A stretch of DNA of 64,000 bases, from positions 3,456,022 to 3,520,021 of the forward strand of contig OW818657.1 of assembly GCA_942492905.1 (NCBI GenBank), written 5' to 3'. The notes beneath the pieces were generated by a model that worked only from the letters and a program-made list of their open reading frames with translations, did no database searches and was not told the origin of the DNA. Source of the stretch: an uncultured Verrucomicrobiota bacterium. Lineage in GTDB: Bacteria; Verrucomicrobiota; Verrucomicrobiia; Verrucomicrobiales; V1-33. Shown piece by piece: positions 10,180 to 19,100 of this stretch. The position numbers were made by a program, and so were the translations under genes. Numbering within the stretch: the stretch's first letter is position 1; each line of letters begins with the position of its first letter.

Positions 10180-13100
10180 ATGCGTTCCCTTTCCCCTGCC
10201 CTCCGCCCCGTAGGCGCTTTTTTGCTTCTGATGACCCTGACGGCCTCCGCCGTCCCGACGGCGGTGCCGGACAGCTACACCACCCCGGAGGACACTCCGG
10301 CCGGGAATACGGCGGTGGACGTGATCAATACCGGCTTTGAAGGCAGCGGGGGAGGCATCACCTTTACACTGCCCAATGCCTGGCAAATCATCGATCTGGC
10401 CACCACTGCCGCCGGGGGAACCAATACCTATCCGCAGGATGCCGCGGCCCGGCCGTGGAATGTCGCGGCCTTCGACTCCAGCACCTCCACCATCGCAGGA
10501 TGGCGCAGCGGCACCCTGCCGGTGCAGGGGGGCAGCATTGACAACGCGAATTTCAGCGCGGTCCCCGCGACTCTGACCGGACTGGTGCCCGGTGGACCCA
10601 ATACCGTGAACACCTATCTGGTGCGGAACCAGTTCACTCTGACGGCAGCTCAGGCGGCCCACCCGACCTGGGACTTCACCCTGTTGGCCGATGATGGTTG
10701 TGTGATCTACGTGAACGGAGTGGAAAAGGCCCGCCTGAATTTGCCCGTCACCCCGACCCTGAATCCCGACGATCTGAACGGGGGGACGGCGGGCGACGAG
10801 ACCAACTACACCACTCTGCAGGTGGACCTGGCCGGAGCCCTAACCGCAGGAGCGAATGTCGTGGCCATCGAACTGCACCAAAGCGCCACCAGCAGTTCGG
10901 ATGCGGGCATCGATTTCACGATGACTCCAGCGGGCGCTTCGCCCACGGCTGGTTTCACCGGGTTGGCCGATGCGTTTTTCGGAACGGCAAACGCCGTTTA
11001 TTCCGCGCAGACTTACGCCGCCACCGGTGGGTTCAATGCCACCGGTGGGCTGCGGGTGCAGATGGGCAATGTCTTCCCGACCGGGGGCAGCCAGGCGGTC
11101 TCCGGAGCATGGCGCACCACGTTCACCCTCGCCGCGCCCGCCACGATCTCGCTGGGTTTCCGGCATCGCCTGATTTCCGGTCAGGATTATGACAACAACG
11201 AATACCAGGAACTGATCTGCGATGTGGACGGGACCCAATATGGAACCGCGACTTCTCCGAGCACCCATCTGGCCGTTTCCTACCAGGTGGGCAATGGCAA
11301 TGGCGGGGGAGTCATTGATTCGGGATGGAAGCAGAGCAATTTCAACATCCCGCTCGCTGCCGGAACCCACACTCTTTCCCTCGGCGGATTTGGCATTGTG
11401 GGCTCCAGTGGTTTTGCCGGCACCGCGCAGGAATCGTTTGAAGGCTTCTTCGATGATGTCGTGCTCACCGTGCCCGGCAGTGTTTCCCTGCTGGCCAACG
11501 ATACCGGCGGGGTGGCCCCCGTCACGGCGGTGAAGGCCTCGGACCCCACTCACGGCGTGGCGACGGTAAATACCAATGGCAGTTTTGTCTATACGCCGGA
11601 AGCCAACTGGTTTGGCACAGACAGCTTCACCTACCGGGCGGTGGATGGCTCCGGGCAATCCACGCCGGGGCTGGTCACGATCAATGTGACCGCCGTGAAC
11701 GATCTCCCGCTGGCGGTCAACGATGGCCCTTTCATCACCCTGCAGGATGTTCCGCTGGTGGTGGCCACAGCCCAAGGCGTGCTGGCCAATGATTCCGATG
11801 TGGAATCCTCCCTATTGACGGCGGTTTTGGGTAATGGCCCGGCCAATGGCGTTCTCCAGCTCAATCCGGATGGTAGTTTCGCCTTTACTCCGAACAGCGG
11901 GTTTTCCGGAAACACCTCTTTCACCTATCGGGCCCATGATGGGACGGCCAACTCCTTGCCCGCCACCGTGACGATCCAAGTCACTGATGTGCCGGATGCG
12001 CCGGTGGCCAGCAATGACAGCTATACGGCGGTGAAGAACACCGCCCTCGTGGTGAATGCGACCACCGGAGGAACCACCACCGAGGAACTGCTGCCTTACC
12101 AATCCGCCGGATGGCGTTATTTCGACTCCCTGGAGCTGGCCAACCGCAATCTCGGCACGCTCTGGCGGACTGAGGCCTATACGGAGACTGCAGACTGGAA
12201 AACCGGCGCGGCGGAACTGGGTTATGGGGACGGGAATGAAGCCACCCAGATCGCCGATAATCCGGACCCGGCCTTTGATTCAGGGGCCTCCGACAAATTC
12301 GCCACTTCTTATTTCCGCCGCACGGTGGAAGTGACGGATCTTTTCAATATCACCGGGGTCCAGCTGAGTGTGATCTATGACGACGCCTGCGCTTTCTATC
12401 TGAACGGCAGCCCGGGCGGCCGCACCGGCAACCTGCCCGATCCCGTCACGCTGCCGGAACTCGCGTGGGATTATTTCCCCAACGTGGGCTCCGCGGAAGA
12501 TTCTTCGGAGACCTTCAACCTGCCCGCCTCCGTCCTCCAGTCCGGCACCAATCTGATCGCGGCCGAAGTGCACCAGAATGCCCCCTCCTCCAGCGATGTT
12601 TCGTTCGATCTCCGGCTCCGGGTGACCCGGACGATCCCCGCCGGCGTGCTGGCCAATGATTCCGATTCCGACCCCGGGCAGACCGCCACTTTGACTGCTG
12701 AGCTGGTGACCCCCCCGGCGCATGGTATTCTGACGCTCAACCCGGACGGCACCTTCACCTACAGCCCCGCCAATGGCTATACCGGTGCGGATTTCTTCAC
12801 CTACCGCGCCAAAGACACGACGAACCGCAGCTCTGCGGTCACCACTGCCAGTATCACCATTATCGACGGACCGAATGTCCCGCCGACCGCCTTGGCCGAC
12901 AGCTATCCGGCGGTGGAAGACACCCTGCTGACCATCAACGCGGCAGCCGGCGTGCTGGCCAATGATACCGATGCCGAGGGCGATGCCTTCACGGCCATCG
13001 TGGCGACTCCGCCGGCCAATGGCACCCTGACTCTCAATCCCAACGGCTCCTTTACCTATCAGCCCACCGCCCATTTCAATGGCACCGACAGCTTCACCTA

Positions 13101-16100
13101 CCAGGCCCGGGACAGCCGTGCCTCGTCTCCTGCCACCGTCACCCTCACGGTGGCTCCCGTGAATGATCTGCCGGTCGCCGTGGGGGATACTTATACCGGC
13201 GACCCCGGGGTGCCCTATGTGGTCTCCGCCGCCGAAGGAGTCCTCGTCAACGACTTCGATGTGGATAGCGGCACCATCCTGACCGCCCAGCTGGTCACCC
13301 CGCCAGCCAGTGGCACCCTGATCCTGAATGCGGACGGCTCCTTCTCCCTGACTGCCGCCACCGGGGGTAATTATACCTTCACCTACCGGGCCAAAGACGC
13401 CGGAAGCCAGTCGCCTCCCGCCACCGTCACCGTCTCGCTGAATGCGGTACCGGTCACCCAGGCCGATGCCTACAGCCTCGACGAAGACGTCCCGCTCAAC
13501 GTGACCGCCGCTCTGGGGGTGCTGAAGAACGACAGTGATCCGGAAGGGCAACCCCTCACGGCCCAACTGATCAGCAATGTGCAGCAAGGTACCCTCAGCC
13601 TGAATCCTGATGGATCGTTCCTCTATACGCCCGCTTCGAACTTCCAGGGGAGCGACAGTTTCACCTACCAGGCCTACGACGGCACCCGTCAGTCGGGACC
13701 GGTGACGGTCAACCTCACAGTGAACCCGGTCAATGATCCGCCGGGGACGGTGGCCGACACCTATGGAGTCCGGGTGGATAGCCCCCTCCAAGTCGCTGCC
13801 GCCAATGGCGTGCTGCGCAATGACACCGACGCAGAGAATTCGCCGCTTTCCGCCTTGCTGGTGAGCCCTCCGGCCAGCGGCGTGCTGGCACTCAACAGCG
13901 ACGGTTCCTTTTCCTACACCCCGGAAGCAGGCTTCAGCGGAACCCTGACCTTCAGCTACCGCGCCAGCGATGGAACGGCCCAGTCTGCCCTCACCACGGT
14001 AACCTTGAACGTCTCCACTTTCCTCAACACGATCGCCATCAGCGAGATCATGTACAATCCTCCTGGAGCGACGGGCGTGAGTGAGGAATTCCTCGAAATC
14101 CATAACTATGGCGACGCTTCCGTGGACCTGACCGGCTGGAGATTCACCAAAGGTGTCGACTACGCCTTTCCGGCCAGCCTGCTGGTGCCGGGCCGTGGCT
14201 ACCTTGCCATCCCGGCCGACCGGGCGGCCTTCACTGCCAAATATCCCACCGCCAGCAACGTCACAGCCACAGGTTGGGGCGCTGGAGGCAGCCTTGGGAA
14301 TGGCGGCGAACTGGTCCGTCTGGTCAATGCGCTGGGCGAGAAGGTGGATGAAGTCGAATATGCCGATGAAGGCGACTGGGCGGTGCGCAAAATCGTGGGC
14401 GTCTGGGATTCCACCAACACGCCAGGGGATGCTCCGCCCAACCTGGATACCGATCCCGGCCTGGAATGGATCACCGCAGCCGATCCCGATCCGGAACTCG
14501 GCAATGCCGGAGGCAGTTCGCTGCAACTCCGCAATCCTGCCCTCACCAATGACTCCGGTCAAAACTGGGAGGCAGGCCTGCCGACTCCCGGGTCTTCCAA
14601 CAGCGTCGTGGCCCAGGCGGATTCCGCGCCGCTCATCCGCGGAGTGACCCATAGCCCTGCGGTTCCCAACCGGACCCAGCAGGTTTTCGTGACGGCCCAA
14701 ATCGAGGACGAACTCCCCGCCGGCTCCAGCGCCACCGTGTTCTACCGGACGTGGCTGCCTTCCGGGGCCACTCCGGCGACGGCCTTCGCCCAGGTGGTGA
14801 TGCAGGACAATGGCCTGCGCCAGGATGGAGCCGCAGGGGATGGAGTGTATGGCGCGGTCATCCCCGCCCAGGCGCTCAACACCGTCGTGGAATTTTATGT
14901 CCAGTCCACCGATGCGGGTTCCAACAGCCGCACCTGGCCAGCGCCCACCCTTGATCTCGCCGGAGCCAATCCTTCGCAGAACGCCAACTGCCTCTATCAG
15001 GTGAATGAAGAAGTCTGGACAGATCACCGCCCGCTTTATCAAATGGTGATGACCGGGGCGGACAACGCCTCGTGGAATGCGGGGCTCGCCAACCGCACCA
15101 GCAATGTCGCGCCGAATACCACGGTCATCTTCCGCACCGGGAACCGGTTTGATGTGCGCTACCGCGGGGCAGTGCGCACCCGCGGCAACAGCAGCCGGGG
15201 TGACACGCCCCTCAATCTCCGGATGGATATTCCCAAGGACAATAACTGGAATGGCCGTACCGCCTTCACCCTGAACTACAAATTTTCCTACAGCCAATTC
15301 CTTGGCAGCCGCCTCTTTGAATCCGCCGGAGTTCCCACCGAAAAAGCCGGAGTAGTGGGAGCCCGCATCAATGGGGTGAACCGTCTGCTGGATCAAAACG
15401 GCAACCGGACCTTTGGTTATTACTGCGATCTGCTCCCCCGGGGCGGTGACACCATCAAAGAGTGGTTCCCCGGCAACGATGACGGGAACGGGTATGGCAA
15501 AATCCGGGGCAATGTGCGTTGGGGCGTCTCCACCCTGCCCACCATCGGGGCCGCCGGTTACGCGGTGGGCGGCTACGTCAACGAAGGGTATAACAAGCAG
15601 ACCAACGCCGCCCAGAACGACTGGACGGATCTCGACGCCTGGATCCAGTCGCTCAATGCCGGCACCATCGCCAACTTCGATTCCACCATCGCCAGTACGG
15701 TGGATGTGGACCAGTGGTGCCGCTTCCTCGCCCTCTCCACCATCGTCAACCACGCGGAAACCAATATGGCCAACGGCGATGACGATGACTACTCGGTCTA
15801 CTTTGGCGCCACCGACCGGCTTTGCCGCATCATCGCCCACGATCTTGATACCTGCTTCAACCTGAATGCGATCGGACTTGGCGACGAACAGGCGCCACCC
15901 ACCATGACCATCTATCAGTGCACCGCCCCCAACTATCCCACGGACGGAGCCACCCTTCCGCAGATGGACAAATTCTACCGCAATCCGGTGCTGGGCCGGA
16001 AGTTCAAGGCGTCCTTGCGTTACTATCTGGACACGATCTTTGCCAAGCCAACGTTTGATGCCACGGTGGACCAACTGCTGGACCCTCAATGGATGGGCAC

Positions 16101-19100
16101 CCAGTTCACCCCTGATGGCAACACCATCCGCAGCCATATCAAGGCGTTCCTCGATACCCGTCGCGCCACTATCGAAACCTTCCTGCCCACCGCCTTCACC
16201 GCGACCACCAACCTGACCGTGCAAAACGAGTTGCCGCGCAGCACGTCCGCCACCGACCTCGGCGGCCTGGGTGGGAAGATTGATCCAGCCCGCACCGCAT
16301 CCGTCACCGTCAACGGCGTGCCCGTGACCACTAATCCCTACGGTTCCACCGCGTCGACAGACAACACTTGGAGTGCCGGCACCGCTATCACGCTCCGTCC
16401 GGGGCTTAATACCCTGGTTTGTGAAGCCCGGGACGAAAGCGGGCTGGTTTTTGAAACCCTTACCGTGACGATTTGGTATGACGCCATTGGCGTGAACCGG
16501 AGCGGTACCCTCGCTTCAAACGAATCCTGGACCGCGGCCTCCGGTCCCTACAACATAACGTCCAGCCTGACGGTGCCCAACGGAGTCACCCTCACCATTC
16601 AACCGGGCACCACGGTCTTCCTCGCGGCCGGAGCCAATCTCACCGTGGCAGCGGGCGGCAATCTGGTGGCCCCAGGCACGGCGGCTTCTGGAATTACCCT
16701 GGCCCGGCTGCCCTCCGGCACCGTCAATTGGGGCGGTCTGATCGTGAATGGCGGGACGGCGCAGCTAAGTTATGTGTCCTTCGCCAACAATGCCTCCACC
16801 GCCCTCCACTCCCAAAACGGAGCCAATCTCACCCTGGACCATCTGACCTTCAACAACACCGGAGTGCAATATCTCTCCCTCGACGGCAGTTCCTTCACTG
16901 TCAGCAACTGTATCTTTCCCACTTCCACAGCAGGATTTGAACCCGTCCACGGTACGGATGGCATTGCTCCCGGGGGACGCGGCATCATCCGCAACTGCTG
17001 GTTCGGCAAGACGCAGGGTTACAATGACAGCATCGACTTCAGCGGCGGCAACCGCCCCGGCCCCATCCTGCAGGTCCTCAACTGCGTCTTCAACGGTTCC
17101 GATGATGACATTCTCGATCTCGACAGCACCGATGCCTGGATTGAAGGCAACATTTTTATGCACTGCCACCGGAGCGCGGCATCCCCCGACAGTGCCAGTG
17201 CGGTCTCCGGCGGCGCCGACAATTCGGCTTACAGCCAGGTCACTGTGATCAACAATCTGATCTACGACTGCGACAATGCCGTCACCATGAAACAGGGCAA
17301 CAGCCAACCGAACGGCAATTCCGCCGTCCTGCTGAATAACACCATCGTCCGCACCACGAGGATCGGCGGCATCGACACCGGCTCCGGAGTAGTGAACTTC
17401 GACGACGACAACGTGACCGGCGAAGGGAAAGGCATGTATCTCGAAGGCAACCTGATCTGGGAGGCGGAAAGCCTGGCGCGGAATTACACCCCTGCCCTCA
17501 GCCAACTCACCTTCAACACCAACCTGCTGCCGTTGGCCCCACCGGCCGGAGCCTCGTCGAGCGGCAACCTGGTGGCTGATCCGATGCTGAATCTCGCGCT
17601 CATCACCACGCCGGCCACTGCCACCGCGGAACAAGTCATCGCCGCCCTGACACCGCAGCTTTGTTCCCCCGCGATCGGTGGTGGGTTACTGGGCCGCACC
17701 CTGGGAGCCGATCTCTCCCGGACCGGCATCACCGTGCAGGCCCTGCCCGCTTCCACCTGGCCTTCCAGTGTCACCCTCGGGGTAGGCCCGGGAGGCAGTT
17801 TCACGCCCACCAGTCAGGTTGCCTGGACATATGGATTCACTCACTATCGATACCGTCTCGATGGCGGTGCGCTCAGTGCCGAGACGCCCGTGGCCAATCC
17901 TCTGGCATTGACTGGCCTGACACCTGGGGCGCACATCCTGCGGGTCGAAGGCAAAAACGACGCCGCCTTCTGGCAGGAAACGCCCACGGAGATCGCCTTC
18001 ACGGTGGCGGCCAATGCCCCGACCGTGGTGTTCAGCGAAGTGCTCGCCGACTCCACCAGCGGACCGGACCTGATCGAACTCTACAATTGGGGCGCCACCG
18101 CCACCAATGTGTCCGGCTGCCAGATCTCCGACGATCCCACCATTCCCGGCAAATTTACCTTCCCCGCCCTGACCCCTCCGATCCCGGCCGGGGGCTATCT
18201 GGTGCTCGACTCCACCCAGCTAGGCTTCAATCTCAGCCAGGGCGGTGAAACCCTGCACTTGGCCAGTTCCTCCGGCGATGCGCTGGATACCGTCGTCTTT
18301 GGTCCCCAGCTCACCGATTTCTCCATCGCCCGCAGCGGCACGGCCTGGCGATTGGCGACACCCACTCCCGGCAGCGCCACGGCGGCGGTTTGTGCGCTCG
18401 GATCCGGGCGTACCCTGCGTCTGAACGAGTGGCTGGGATCCAACGATATCATCGTTCCCGGTGATTTTGTGGAACTTTACAATCCCGATGCGCTCCCAGT
18501 GGATCTCGGGGGCTACCGGTTGAGTCAGGACTTCCGCAACGAGCCGACCCAGAGTCAATTTCCTCCTCTGAGTTTCATCGCGGGAAGCGGATTTCTCGAA
18601 TTGACCGCCGATGGCGATGCCGCCGCGGGCGCGGATCACCTGAGCTTCAAGATCTCACGCATCCGCGACGCAATCGCCCTGCTCGATCCTTCCGCCAACC
18701 TCGTGGACAACGTGATCGTGCTGCCGGGCAATCCGGACGTTTCCCAGGGACGCACTCCGGACGGGGCCGTCACCACCACCTACCTGGCCCTGCCCACTCC
18801 CGGTTTTTCCAATGGCAGCGATCTCACGGCGGACACCGCGGTGATGAATGGATTACGCATTACCGAAATCATGTTCGACCCGGCCGCCGGCCCCGAGTAC
18901 CTTGAATTCAAAAACATCAGCGGCACGCCTCTGACCATCACGGGCGTCAATTTCGGCAGTGGTCTGACCTTTACCTTCCCGGCCACCACGATCACCGCCG
19001 GGGGGTATGCGGTGATCACTCAAAACCTCGCATCCTTCAATTCCCAGTATCCTGGGGTCACCGGCGTGCAGTGGTCCGCGGGCCGTCTTGACAACAATGG

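Noticed and set aside
12280-16224. Very long (1314 aa) open frame antisense to the 3256-aa gene
   Set aside because: Its composition is Gly/Arg/Ala/Val-rich and low-complexity, with no recognisable motifs. The opposite strand carries unambiguous repeat/LTD/CotH motifs. Long stop-free antisense frames are expected in high-GC genes with GC-rich third positions.
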